From Octopus vulgaris (lineage: Eukaryota), in assembly GCA_951406725.2 (NCBI GenBank), contig OX597814.1, positions 188,790,001 to 188,854,000 of the forward strand: a DNA stretch of 64,000 nucleotides, in the 5' to 3' direction. Each line of letters begins with the position of its first letter. The first letter of the stretch is position 1. The position numbers and the translations under genes are program-made. Positions 13,925 through 26,460 of this stretch are shown here, piece by piece. The notes beneath the pieces are model-generated. The model saw only the letters and a list, made by a program, of their open reading frames with translations. It did not search any database and was not told the origin of the DNA.

Positions 13925-14044
13925 AGAGAATGGATGGGATACAAAAATGGCATACATCAGCCGGTAGTCATTCTATTACGTCTATTTATTCTAGAATGTC
14001 TACCGGCTGGTGTATGTAATTTTTGAATCACCTCCATTTTCTTC
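13925..14044. repeat. Imperfect inverted repeat / hairpin
   Basis: CATACATCAGCCGGTAGTCATTCTA (13951-13975) pairs with TAGAATGTCTACCGGCTGGTGTATG (13992-14016); outer arms pair more loosely. Confidence 0.8.
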
Positions 14045-14260
14045 TTGCTGCATAAATTAAGGGTAAACCACATTTTATCCCCGCCCATATATGACACACG
14101 ATTGCAAAATTGCCACGCAATAACCAGCACTTGGCTATTAATAATTGGGCACACTGCCAGTAGTGTATTGGATAGGTATGGCTTCCCAACCTCTAACTCT
14201 CACGGAAATATATATATATATGTTTGTGTTTGTGCGTGTAAATGAGTAACAGTAGAAGTA

Positions 14261-14680
14261 CAGGTGTCAATCCATTACGCCGTTTCTAACAACTCCTTTA
14301 ATTGATTAATGAAGACATTACATCATTGAAAACAAATCTGTTTTCTTTCAGATGAATTCTTCAATTTCAAAATAAAGGTCATTCAAAATGATTTAACATA
14401 GTTTAAAATTCACGAAACAAAAACATTTACAGTGATTCTGCAACTATTTCAGTTGACGGATTCTGTCAAACTTGGTACAGAATCCGTCAACTGAATTAGT
14501 AGCAGAATCACTGTAAATGTTTTTTGTTTCCTGAATTTTAACTATGTTAAATCATTTCGATTGTCCTTTATTTTGAAGTTCATGAATTCATCTGACGGAA
14601 AGAGTTTCTTTACCATGATGTAATGTTTTCAGTAATCAATTAAAGAAATCGTTAGAAACGGTGAAATTGATTGACACCTG
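14261..14680. mobile_element. Foldback (fully palindromic) Tc1/mariner-type MITE
   Basis: TA|CAGGTGTCAAT...ATTGACACCTG|TA; ~205-bp arms meeting at about 14470. Confidence 0.85.
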
Positions 14681-15391
14681 TACCTCTCGTATGTAGTTTG
14701 ACAGTGAAATTCTTAGAAAGTCGTGCAGAATAAACTCGTAGTAATTATCAACCTAGTATTTAAATATAAATGTTGAACCAACAAATAGAAGACAAATGCC
14801 AAACCCTTCACACAAAAGATAAAACAACGTAAAAATAGGCATATGTAAATTAGCCTATTTAATTTAAGTCCGCCTTAGGTTATCACGGGAGATAAATTAA
14901 ATTAAAATCAGTTTGGGATTTAAAAAATCAAGCTGGTAACTCGAGGTATATTGACAAAAAATTACAATAATAATAATCAGAAAAAATTTAAATAAGCTAA
15001 GTTATTTTATTTTCTGAAAAAGGAGTGAGAATATTGTAATTAGATTATATTTGTCATTTAAATACTGAAAACTGCCAATTGTAATATCCACATTGATAAA
15101 ACCGAAGATATTATCTTAGGATTGCTACATATATTATAGAAGTGCGGTGTTGTAGATTTTGATCACCTTCCCCAAAAATAGTGTAATATATTCATACACA
15201 CGATATTACAAATCTAAATTCATATCTTTTAATGCACCAAAATAATCGTACTAAGATAATCATATCTACTCTCTATTAATATTTATCATTATTATTCACA
15301 AAAGTGGTTTATAAATGTTCTATAAATAGTTATAATTAATATATAATATAATTATATATATATATATATATGTGTATGTGTGTGTATGTGT

Positions 15392-15647
15392 TAAGGCACA
15401 TGGCTTAGTGGTTAGGACTCACGATTTTAAGGCGTTAGTGCCCTTGAGCAAGACACTTTATTTCACGTTGTACCTGTATTTCGAAGGGCCTTGTCACATT
15501 CTGTGTCACGATGAATCTCCCTGAGAACTACGTTAGGGGTACACGCGCCTGGGGATTGCTCAGCCACTTGCACCTTATTTTCACGAGCAAGCTTGCTCCG
15601 TTGATCGTATCAGCTGGGACCCTCGTCATCGTAACCGACGGAGTGCT

Positions 15648-15650
<3 letters not shown>
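15392..15650 (+). mobile_element. tRNA-derived SINE (head D, body C2)
   Basis: GGCACATGGCTTAGTGGTTAG head; GAGAACTACGTTA..CGTAACCGACGGAGTGCT body shared with 17475 and 57757. Confidence 0.7.
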
Positions 15651-15685
<35 letters not shown>

Positions 15686-15864
15686 TGATAGATCGTTAGC
15701 CACTACACACTTTTTTTCTCTCCTTGTTTTTTTCTGTATCCCTTTCTGTAGAAGAGCGTAGGCTCGAAACGTAAAAGACTTTTTCTATTCCTGAGCGTTA
15801 TACTAATACATCCGTTTATTTTGTACACCATCTGTCTCCGTCTTTTGATTTTTTCGTAAACTCT

Positions 15865-15867
<3 letters not shown>
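15686..15867 (+). mobile_element. ~180-bp hammerhead-bearing element (family H, PLE pLTR-like), copy 1
   Basis: (TA)n on both sides; six further copies in the window. Confidence 0.8.
15742..15777 (+). ncRNA. Minimal type-I hammerhead-like motif, variant core CUGUAGA
   Basis: cttt CTGTAGA a gagc-gtag-gctc GAAA cg TA aaag: stem I cttt/aaag, stem II gagc/gctc, palindromic ACGT stem III. Confidence 0.65.
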
Positions 15868-15931
<64 letters not shown>

Positions 15932-16139
15932 TATAATAGTATTTACTTCATAATTTTCCTTTATGCTTATGTTGCCGTATTAGCGAATGACATCTAAACG
16001 GTGTAACACTAAAACACCAATAATAATTAACAACTAAATCTTATCCATTACTAGAAATTATCCAATAAAAAGCAATAAATCATGTTAATCATATATTTAT
16101 ACAATAAAACGTCAGAGATAATGCATAAATATTGCACTC

Positions 16140-17370
16140 TTATACAAAAGTCGATTTCCTGATTCAGGTAATCTGACTGTATGGAATGCGTTCCATACAT
16201 CTAAGATTATCAAATCCGGAAATTACCAAAATAATGGAGAGCTATATTCGCCATAAGGAACAGCTGAGTACTGGAGTTCGGAAAAATGCTACGTCACTCC
16301 GTAAGTAAGTAAAAGAATCGTGTTAATGTAACTGCCATAGGCAAGGAACTGCAATGTTACATTAATCAATGTACATATTCTGTGTCGGATCACAATGGAA
16401 GATTTCTATTATTGCCAGTTTGCATATGCGTTACATATCATCCCTCGTAGAGCCATACCGCTATAAATGAGATACTTCAACTACTAGATAAGGAAAAACT
16501 ATAAAAAGTGACCTGCATTTACGGGCAAATAAGATGTAATGAATCAAATTAAAAATGTTAAATACCTCTTTCTTTACTCACCCACAAGGGGCTAAACACA
16601 GAGGGGACAAACAAGGACAGACGCGCGGTTTAAGTCGATTATATCGACCCCAGTGCATAACTGGTACTTATTTAATCGACCCCGAAAGGATGAAAGGCAA
16701 AGTCGACCTCGGCGGAATTTGAACTCAGAACGTAACGCAGACGAAATACGGCTACGCATTTCGCCCGGCGTGCTAACGTTTCTGCCAGCTCGCCGCCTTT
16801 ATGTTAAATACCGTTCGAATGCAAGACAATGTAAGTCAACACAAATACTCCATATATTATAATAGAATTGCTTCTTTCATTACACAACAGGAAGACAAAT
16901 TGGACGTTCACAACATAAGGGCAATGCTTGGCTAAATCTGCTGAACCGATCATACATCAGAAGCATAGCGGTCAGGATGTTACTAAACCTATTAAGCTAC
17001 ATAGAAAAGCTTCATACACACGACATTTTCACTGGGACATACAGAAAGACTCGATGATTGATTATGAATGGTCGTGTTTTCGACGAGCTGTGAGCGACAG
17101 GATTTAAACTGCCATTGGAACGTTTCAAAGAAACACAAATATTGGTTGCTCCTGGTGATGTTCAATTGCAAATAACGCTACAGAACTAAATCCAACAGAT
17201 GAAAGAGTAATATATGCTAAGAGTACTTCATAGGTCATGGTTATTAAAAGACAATGGCAGACTACTACAAAATAATAAAGAAATGCACAAGTTGGTAGCA
17301 GAAGGTTCGTAGTACAAGGAAATAGCAGAAAGCAGAACTGCATCGCGTCACACAGGAATCATATGAAGGG
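16140..17370 (+). pseudogene. Decayed RTE-type LINE ORF (AP-endonuclease end + linker), interrupted by SINE B
   Basis: EDKLDVHNIRAMLG*IC*TDH (~16892-16954) resembles the RTE DV..TRAM.GA.C.TDH motif; downstream EWSCFRRAV..AIG; boundaries uncertain. Confidence 0.5.
16566..16798 (-). mobile_element. SINE family B monomer
   Basis: Family match; ATGTTAAATACC on both sides. Confidence 0.85.
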
Positions 17371-17397
17371 CTTCTATACCGAACACACACACACACA

Positions 17398-17469
<72 letters not shown>

Positions 17470-17474
17470 TAAAT

Positions 17475-17757
17475 GTGGCTTCGTGGTTAGGACATTCGGC
17501 TCATGATGTAAAGTCGTGAGTTCGATAACCGGCAGTGGGTTGTCTCCTCGAGCAAGACACTTTATTTCAGTCGACAGTCCACTCACCTGGCAAAAATGTG
17601 TTCTACCTGTATTTCAAGGATTTTGTGTTACGCTGAACCTTCCCGAGAACTACGTTAAGGTGTACACGTGTCTTTGGAGTGCTCAGCCGCTTGCACGAAC
17701 AGGCTATCCCGTTGATTGGATCAAGTGAAAATCTCGTCGTCGTAAGCTGCGGTGTGT
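17475..17757 (+). mobile_element. tRNA-derived SINE (head D, body C2), diverged
   Basis: Similar to 15392-15650. Confidence 0.65.
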
Positions 17758-17811
17758 CAATTTTGTATATATACAGAAAAGGTGAAGCCGCCACATTCAA
17801 GCATGTGTCAG

Positions 17812-18116
17812 GTTATTTGTTCCTTCTCGAGCCACGCCTGGCTCATTAGGGCCGGTTTCCCGGTTTCCTTGGCGTATAGGTTCCCCACCTGGACGGGACG
17901 CCGGTCCGTCGCAGGTGAGCTGCAAGATGGAGGAGGAAAGAGTGAGAGAAAGTTGTGGCGAAAGAGTCAGCAGAAATTCGCCATTACCTTCTGCCGGAGC
18001 CGCATGGAGGTTAGGTGTTTCGCTCATAAACACACACATCACCCGTTCTGCGATTCGAACCTGCTATCCCTCGACTGCGAGTCCGCTGCTCTAACCACTA
18101 GGCCATGTGCCTCCAC
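17812..18116 (-). mobile_element. tRNA-derived SINE (head C, body C1)
   Basis: Reverse complement of GTGGAGGCACATGGCCTAGTGGTTAGAGCAGCGGACTCG..GGTTCGAATC; matches 46395-46700. Confidence 0.8.
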
Positions 18117-18261
18117 GTATCATGCTGTAGATTTCGCTAATTAATTTACGTGTCAATGTTGTCGAGAAGAGACATAAACATCGTTTTGGCCCTTTTACCC
18201 TTGATTCAACGAAACATCGAGTATGTGACAACTCTCAATCAGCTTAAAGGAGCCGTTAAGA

Positions 18262-18573
18262 CCATGGTTCTCAAATGAGGTCCATAGGGCCCCTGAAGGT
18301 CTATATAATATTTGGATGTGGGACAGCACGCAACAAAATAGTATTTTAAAGGCTCCTGAAAAACAATTTGCTTTAAATGTATTTATTAGTACGTATTGCA
18401 AGGAACAGCTAGGCTTCTTTCTCTAACATTTTACATAGTTCAACATACACAAGATAACGTGAGAAAAACAAAATAGGAAAACTAGTTTTTAAACCGCGAA
18501 TGGCTTTGGAGGTCCACAATAACAGAATAGTAATAAAAAAAAGTCCATAGGCAATAGATGGTTGAGAACCCCT
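18262..18573. mobile_element. Non-autonomous hAT-like MITE
   Basis: CATGGTTCTCAA...TTGAGAACCCCTA termini; homologous to 1-303. Confidence 0.6.
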
Positions 18574-18776
18574 AATGATTAGGAAGAAGAGACCAATTAC
18601 GAAATTAGTCTGACAAATAAGGCGGCGCAAAGGTTTTCCAGCCAACATAGAGCTATTATACAATCTTATTTTTAGGTCCATGAGGGCCAGTCATCAAATC
18701 TGATGACTTGAGCTCGATGAAAGCAGCCGAATGAAAACGAGCACAACAGTACACAAATGGAATTTTTCAGGAAGTA

Positions 18777-19330
18777 TTAGGTTGTCCGGAAAGTTCGTGC
18801 CGATTTTTAAAGGAAAGAAAAAGGTCAATAAATACTTGCCATTACATTTTTAATCAACCAAATATGAACCATTTTGTTGCACAATGCGTCTCCATCTTTC
18901 CTTTAACTTGAAAATACCCTCTTCCCAGAATTGAGGTGGTTTCATGGCAAAGAATTCATCAAGGTATCTTTTTATGTTATCCGAGGAATTAAGACCTTCT
19001 GCTGAGACCTGAATAAGTGGAAATCCGAAGGAGCAATATCTGGTGAATATGTAGGGTGGGGTAACACATCCCAGCCGAGCTGCAGCAACTTTTGTCTGGT
19101 TCCCAAAGCATCAAGTGCCGAAAATGAACTTTCTTATCTTCCCTTTTAAAGGGTTACAGAATTAACACAGGTTATAGGAACGTTAACCTTCTTCCACGAA
19201 AAGATAGCTTAAACTGTGCTCTAAATGGAGGGAGGTGTAGTCAAATCCTATTTTATGGACTCAACCATGTTCTAAAATAAGTCGAAAGATAAGCTACTAT
19301 AAATCGGCATGAACTTTCCGGACAACCCAA
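18777..19330 (-). mobile_element. Mariner internal-deletion derivative
   Basis: TA|TTAGGTTGTCCGGAAAGTTCGTGCCGATTT...AAATCGGCATGAACTTTCCGGACAACCCAA|TA; transposase C-terminal remnant inside. Confidence 0.9.
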
Positions 19331-19874
19331 TATTTAGGAATTCGGTTTAACGATGGTGCAAATACTTCGCTTGTGATGGAATCGATGGGGAGAGTTCCTT
19401 TGTGTTGATAGAGTTACTCTACAAGAACGGACAATTTAAACGAGTTATGTCCTCTTTTGGATTATTTTTGGGTAAACCTGCGAGTGTATATAAATATAAT
19501 ATATGCCTGTGTGTGTATGTCTGTATCTGTGTGTGTGTGTGTCATTACGTAAGTTTTTTTGTATGTGCTGTCTTAGTATCTCTTCTTGAATCATTCACTC
19601 TACCTCCATCTTTCTCACCTTTCTATCTTACACCATTTCTCTGTACACCCACCCGCCCAACACACAGCCAGACATACACACACCCACACACGCGCGCGCA
19701 AACGCACACACACATAAACACGCACACACACGTACACACATACACACACAAACACACGTATGGAATGTGTACAGAGGGAAGGAGAGAATATGAGAAAATG
19801 AGTGAGAAATAGAGTTAATGAAAGGTAATGAAGGAGGGAGTGAGGAAGAATGTTTCCGTGTGTATTTATGTTTC

Positions 19875-20234
19875 TGTGTGTGTGTGTGAGTGTGTGTGTG
19901 TGAGTGTGTGTGTGTGTGCGTGAGTGTGTGTATGTGAGTGTATGTGTGTGAGTGTGTGTGTGAGTGTGTGTGAGTGTGTGTATGTGAGTGTATGTGTGTG
20001 AGTGTATGTGTGTGAGTGTGTGTGTGTGTCAGTGTGTGTGTGTGTGTGTGTGTGTCAGTGTGTGTGTGTGCATCAGTGTGTGTGTGTGAGTGTGTGTGTC
20101 AGTGTTCGTGTGTATGAGTGTGTTTGTGTGTGATAGAGTGAGAGACAGAATAAGAGAGAGACAGAGTGAGAGAGAGACAGAATGAGAGAGAGACAGAATG
20201 AGAGAGCGTGAGAGAGAAAGAGAGAGATATATAT

Positions 20235-20289
<55 letters not shown>
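19875..20289 (+). repeat. Compound (TG)n/(AG)n microsatellite
   Basis: Direct read. Confidence 0.9.
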
Positions 20290-20291
<2 letters not shown>

Positions 20292-20592
20292 TAGCTTTTT
20301 CTGTTTTCTTTCTCACAAACATTATGAAACAACGTTTGTTTTACTGTTTCTAAAATAAGCGTTCGTTCGCCTCCTGATTGGTATCTCGTCTGAACAGTAA
20401 TACGCGTCTGCAGGAATTTTCGCCAGAGTATAATGGCAATCATTGGTTTTAGGGAAAAAAGCTGCCGACATTCGTCGCTCTCATATACAATCAGTCCATT
20501 GAAGAGAAATATGGAAATGAATTCGGTCTATTCAATTTCCATCAAAATTCACCCAGTCGCGTGGGCTCCATAAGGTCAAATCTTCAAAAAGA

Positions 20593-20653
20593 ATGTCCCA
20601 GGTATATGTAATGAGATATCTTAAGAGAACGTTAGCAACAGAACAACAAAGAG
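20593..20653 (+). other. Candidate first coding exon of an unidentified host gene (MSQVYVMRYLKRTLATEQQR)
   Basis: ATG 20593, open frame to strong donor AG|GTGAGT at 20653/20654; unique CpG-richer upstream sequence with ATTGG boxes; no homology recognised. Confidence 0.2.
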
Positions 20654-20819
20654 GTGAGTATCAGCAGTAATGAAATCAACAACATAATGAGAACAAGAAC
20701 AACTGCTGTAACACCTACAGAACAAAAGCGCTTGATTGAAAAACACTTATGTGTATATATTCCTCTAACTTGATCTATTTATGTCTCACTCTCTCCTCTT
20801 TCCCTTTAGAACTCTCTCC

Positions 20820-20897
<78 letters not shown>

Positions 20898-20899
<2 letters not shown>

Positions 20900-22088
20900 T
20901 GGCACTCTTCTAGTACTAGAAGAAAATCCCTATCGACAAATAAAGGGCACGGCTATGGGTACGCGGTTTGTGCCCTCATATGCAAACTTAATTATGGGGG
21001 TACTTGGAAGACAAACTTTATGAGTAAGTAGAAGAAACTTTTGATCAGGAGTACGAGAAATATATCATTAAAAATTGAAACGGTTCCTTGATGATTGCTT
21101 CATCTTCTGGGATAGATCGAATGAAGATCTAAGTATATTTAACAATATACCGAACACACTTCACCCATTCCTCAAATTCACGACAGAATGCATTTGCAAT
21201 GAATTACCATTCCTGGATATCTACATAAAATTACAGAACATCCGCAGTCACAACAGACATATTTTACAAAAAATCTGACACACACCAATATTTAAAGTTC
21301 TACTTATAGCATGGCAAGACGCATCTCTGCTATAGTGACTGACCCCAAAATACGTGAAATCCGATTCAACGAACTCAAACGCTTCCTCATAATGAAGAAA
21401 TACCTCTTAATGAGGGAATTAGAATGTCGATGAAACTGAACATCACACAACTAGGGATACCCAAGGAAAAAATTTAAATGAAAACACGATTCCGTTCGTT
21501 AACACAGGCAGTCCTGGAATAACCAACATCTTTGACGCCATAAAATTGGACTTACCTATACTCCTACAAAGTCCCAAAATGAAAAATCTGATCGAAAGAA
21601 ACACCTTACGGAATAGTAAACGCCAAGCAGAAAATCTTAAAAAACACCCCACAAGGGAGAGAATTCAAATCAGAGAAAGAATCAGAATTCTTGGTAAATA
21701 AATGTGGCGATAGTAGGAGATGCAACGACAATTTCAAATACTTAGAAAGTGGTTCCCACATAAATTCAAGAGTGGATCCCTTTTCAAAATAAATGCATAT
21801 ATGAACTGCAAAACGCAAAACCTCATTTACTGCATTGCCTTCCCAAACTGCAAAGAAAATTACATTGGAGAAACGAATAATTCCCTTTGCCAACGTGCAA
21901 GAATCCACAGCTAACATGTCCGACAAGATGAATTACGCAAGATTCCATTAAGCAAGCATCTGGAAATATGCAGCGACGGAAAATTCAAAATTTTTCCCTT
22001 TTACAAATGTGCACGCGACGATCCGCAATACCGAAAAGCAATGGAACTACATGTCATCAAAAAATTATCTCCAAAATTGAATGTATGA
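20898..22088 (+). pseudogene. 5'-truncated, decayed Neptune-like PLE (RT 3' half + GIY-YIG)
   Basis: YRQIKGTAMGTRFVPSYANLIM, KRFLDDCFIFW, LPFLDI, NCKTQNLIYCIAFPNCKENYIGET; starts at a (TA)n tract; paralogous to 30820-33096. Confidence 0.9.
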
Positions 22089-22554
22089 AAGAAAAGCAGA
22101 GAAAGATACATTTTATATTCTAAAAATAATTCAAATATCGGAAACATAATGCTCATCTCTGTAAGTATTCAGGTGTATATGTGAGGCATTGGATATTCTG
22201 AACTTTGCGTGTTTTTCTAGTTTATAAGTGTTATACTAATGTTCTCTAATGCAAAAACATAAAATTGAAAGAGGCGTGATTTTGCTTGTCAATGCAAAAC
22301 ATTGATGTTACACAGTATAAACATGGACATGTTCCCAAACACACACAAACACACACACACGCGCGCGCGCGCGCACACACACACACACATACACTCCATC
22401 AAGGGATTCTTTCTAAAACTGAATGTTTGAAGGTAAAGCGGATAATTTGCATTTTTTTATTCCAAATGTGACTCATCTCTACAAATGTTCAGGTATATAT
22501 ATATGTAGCATTGGGATGTTCTGGCTTTGCGTGTATATATATATATATATATAC

Positions 22555-22608
<54 letters not shown>

Positions 22609-22610
<2 letters not shown>

Positions 22611-22997
22611 TCTTTTACTCTTTTACTTGTTTCAGTCATTTGACTGCGGCCATGCTGGACCACCGCCTTTAATCGAGCAACTCGACCCCAGGACTTATTC
22701 TTTTGTAAGCCCAGTACTTATTCTATCGGTCTCTTTTGCCGAACCGCTAAGTAACGGGGACATAAACACTAGGAGACTAACACAGATACACAAACACACA
22801 CACGCACATATATATATACATATATACGACGGGCTTCTTTCAGTTTCCGTCTACCAAATCCACTCACAAGGCTTTGGTCGGCCCGAGGCTATAGTAGAAG
22901 ACACTTGCACAAGGTGCCACACAGTGGGACTGAACCCGGAACCATATGGTTGGTAGACAAGCTACTTACCACACAGCTACTTACCACTCCTGCGCCT
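22609..22997 (-). mobile_element. SINE family A
   Basis: Family match with internal deletion. Confidence 0.85.
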
Positions 22998-23379
22998 ATA
23001 TATATATAATTTATTTATATTTAAATTTTTAATTTGTAAATATTATACTAATGTTACTTCATACAGGAATAAAAAAAACATCAAAAAATTCTCTCCGAAA
23101 TAAATGTTTGAAAGAAAAGTGAAGACAGTACATTTTGTATTCTAAATGTATCTCAAAGAAGAGAAAAAGGACAAAAGAGGAAAAAAAGAAGGAAAGAGGC
23201 GAACTGGAAGAAAGAGAAAAGAAAAAACAAAACCAGGAAAGAGAGAAAGAAAGCAAAACGACTTTCGGTGATGATCACACCACACCTGTTGTTTTTTCTT
23301 TTCTGTAGTGATTACCATCCTTTAAACCCATTCCAAGTGTAAATGACCAAATAAAGAATTGCGAATAGGAAGGGGGATC

Positions 23380-23619
23380 CCCTTTTGTTCCTTTTCCTTT
23401 TCTTTTTTTTTTCTTTTTATCCTTTTTATTTTTTATTTTATTTATTTATTTTTTTTTTTTTTTTGTTCTTTTCTTCCCTTTTACGATCCCTCTTGATCGA
23501 AAACCTACGCCACCCCTTTTTTTTCTTTTGTTTTTTTGTTTTTTTCATCCCCCAAAAGAAAAGCTCTACCTTGTAACTTGTTCCATCTGTGTGCAGCCCT
23601 GTGTGGCCAATAAAGAAAC

Positions 23620-23620
<1 letters not shown>
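23380..23620 (+). mobile_element. Probable LINE 3' UTR remnant ending at (CTAT)n
   Basis: T-rich tract then CCTTGTAACTTGTTCCATCTGTGTGCAGCCCTGTGTGGCCAATAAAGAAA, resembling the SINE B tail. Confidence 0.4.
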
Positions 23621-23651
<31 letters not shown>

Positions 23652-24041
23652 ATCCATCTGCATGGAACCTCACCCAAAAGAAACAAAAACAATGTTCACT
23701 TCTTCTACCCCCCCACCCCGACAAAAAAACCCCATCTGTTTTATATAAATGAACAAGCTGTACATTCAGAAAATTTTATTTGACAAGTTCGAGAAACGAA
23801 CGAAAGCGCTGATAATAATAATAAAGAAATAAAAATATTTTTTTCAAAAATTCTGACGACCTTTTTTCTCAAAATTCAATTTCTGTACACCACACGTAAC
23901 ACTCTATACATACATACATACATACATACATACATACATACATACATACATACATACATGCACACACATACATACATACATACATACATACATACATGCA
24001 CACACATACATACATACATACATATGTACATACATATGAAG

Positions 24042-24073
<32 letters not shown>

Positions 24074-24282
24074 GTTATGAGATGTAGTGGTGTCAATAAG
24101 ACCCAAAGGTGTCAGGTAATGCTGAGTAAGTGCTATGAACTATAGTGAAGCTCCCACCGAACCTGGATCTTATACATACATACATACATAAATACATACA
24201 TACATACATACAAACATACATACATACATACATACATACATAATACATACATACATACATACATACATACATACATACATGC

Positions 24283-24313
<31 letters not shown>

Positions 24314-25001
24314 TATATATATGATATGAGAGGTAATAGTGTTATTGAGACCCAAATGTGTGAGGTAATATTAAATAAGTGGTATAGATAGACCATTGTT
24401 AAGTTCCGGGTTCGATGATTATGCGAATAAGGAGTCCAACGTAGGCGTCTGTATATAATTTTTTTTTCGTAATGAGATAAAAGACCAAAACTGTGTAGAT
24501 TTTAGAACATTTTTAGATAGAAGGTCTTACAGCTGTTTCCAGGATATTTATATTATTATAGATAAAATACAAAATAAACAACCTTCCCCAGAGGGTAACT
24601 TTCTAGGTGCAATTCCATGGTCATTCATGACCGAAGGGGGTCTCCCTCCCATTTCATTGACCGCCCTCATTACCGTCACCATAACCACCGCTACCGTAAG
24701 TCCCTTCTCCAACATCACCACCACCATCCCAACATCACTACCGCTCCAACACTAACACCACTGCCACTACACAATTTTCCCCATTACCAATGCTATCCTT
24801 ACTACCACCAGCACCACCAGCACCACCACTGTTTCTAAAATCCATCGCGTTTCACATATTGCGCCCTGTAATCTCCAATGACCGATTTATTCAGAAACCT
24901 TAATTACCCTCTGATTCAGAAACCTTAATTACCATCTTCATGATCACCAAGTATTTTGAATATATGATGAAACCTATCCAAAGAGTAATTCCACCTATAT
25001 T

Positions 25002-25577
25002 TATTTCTTTACTACACACAAGGGGCTAAACATAGCGGGGACAAACAAGGACAGACAAAGATTACATCGACCTGGTACTTTATTTATCGAGCCCGAAAGG
25101 ATGAAAGGCAACGTAGACCTCGGCGGGATTTCAACTCAGAACGTAACGACAGACGAAATACCTATTTCTTTACTACCCACAAGGGGCTAAACACAGAGGG
25201 GACAAACAAGGACAGACAGACGGATTAAGTCGATTATATCGACCCCAGTGCGTAACTGGTACTTAATTTATCGACCCCGAAAGGATGAAAGGCAAAGTCG
25301 ACCTCGGCGGAATTTGAACTCAACGTAACAGCAGACGAAATACCTATTTCTTTATTACCCACAAGGGGCTAAACACAGAGGGGACAAACAAGGACAGACA
25401 GACGGATTAAGTCGATTATATCGACCCCAGTGCGTAACTGGTCCTTAATTTATCGACCCTGAAAGGATGAAAGACAAAGTCGACCTCGGCGGAATTTGAA
25501 CTCAGAACGTAACGACAGACGAAATACCGCTAAGCATTTCGCCCGGCGTGCTAACGTTTCTGCCAGCACGCCGCCTT
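25002..25577 (-). mobile_element. SINE family B, head + 3 body units
   Basis: Junctions GAAATACCTATTTC; TTCCACCT(A/T)TAT flanks. Confidence 0.9.
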
Positions 25578-26460
25578 CGTTCCACCTTTATATTATGATA
25601 ATCACTAGCATATCTGAGACCTGTGACGCCTAAGTTGATATTTTCTAGATTACTTCGAAATAAAAGACGCTCATGGGATAAGGCTAGATTTCAATTAGAA
25701 ATGATTAGCAGTTAGCATGATCCCTTCCAATCTCCTTTTTGTTTTGTCATTACGTTTATGATATTATTTGATAAATCTAATTTACTGACTCCGTAAGCTC
25801 TTGTAAAATTAATCTTCTTTGGTAACTTTAGTGTTTATTGATTCCAAATGCCACACTAATCACTTTATCCGACCATTTTCTTAAGAATAATATCGCCAAA
25901 GAATTTCTTTCTTTTTCAGTATTTTAGAAATTGACCTCAGTGAAATAAAATATTCAACACAATAATGTCATCCAGGTATTTTCTGGGTTTTTTTTTGTTA
26001 TTTAAAACTAGACGAAGTAGTAAAGCAAATATTCTCAAAGATTAATGCTATTAACGCTCAGTTAGAAATGTCGAGGAGCGTAAGATATTTCAGACACTGG
26101 ATTGTCGTAATATTTCAGAGGAATCTCTGTGTGTGTGTGTGTATTTGTATGTGTATGTGTGTATGTGTGCATGTGTGTGTGTGTGTGTGTAACCTGTGTT
26201 TGCGTACGTGCTGTTTATTCTGACATTTTTCTGCGTTTCCTTTTGAATTAGCTTCATCAATGGAACTTTGGAATTATCGAAATATTTATGCAAGCAGTGC
26301 CATTTTCCTGGATGAGCAATACAATCAGCTAAGTACCAATTCTACCAATTCTCAGAGACGAGAACCAAAAAATGAAGCTTTAAACTGTTGTTTAAAACTG
26401 TTTTTTTATCAATGTAAGTGATAAATTCTATTATATTTATATATATATATTTATATATTT

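Noticed and set aside
18700-18730. CTGATGA..GAAA hammerhead candidate
   Set aside because: No UH cleavage site or stem I/III pairing after GAAA.
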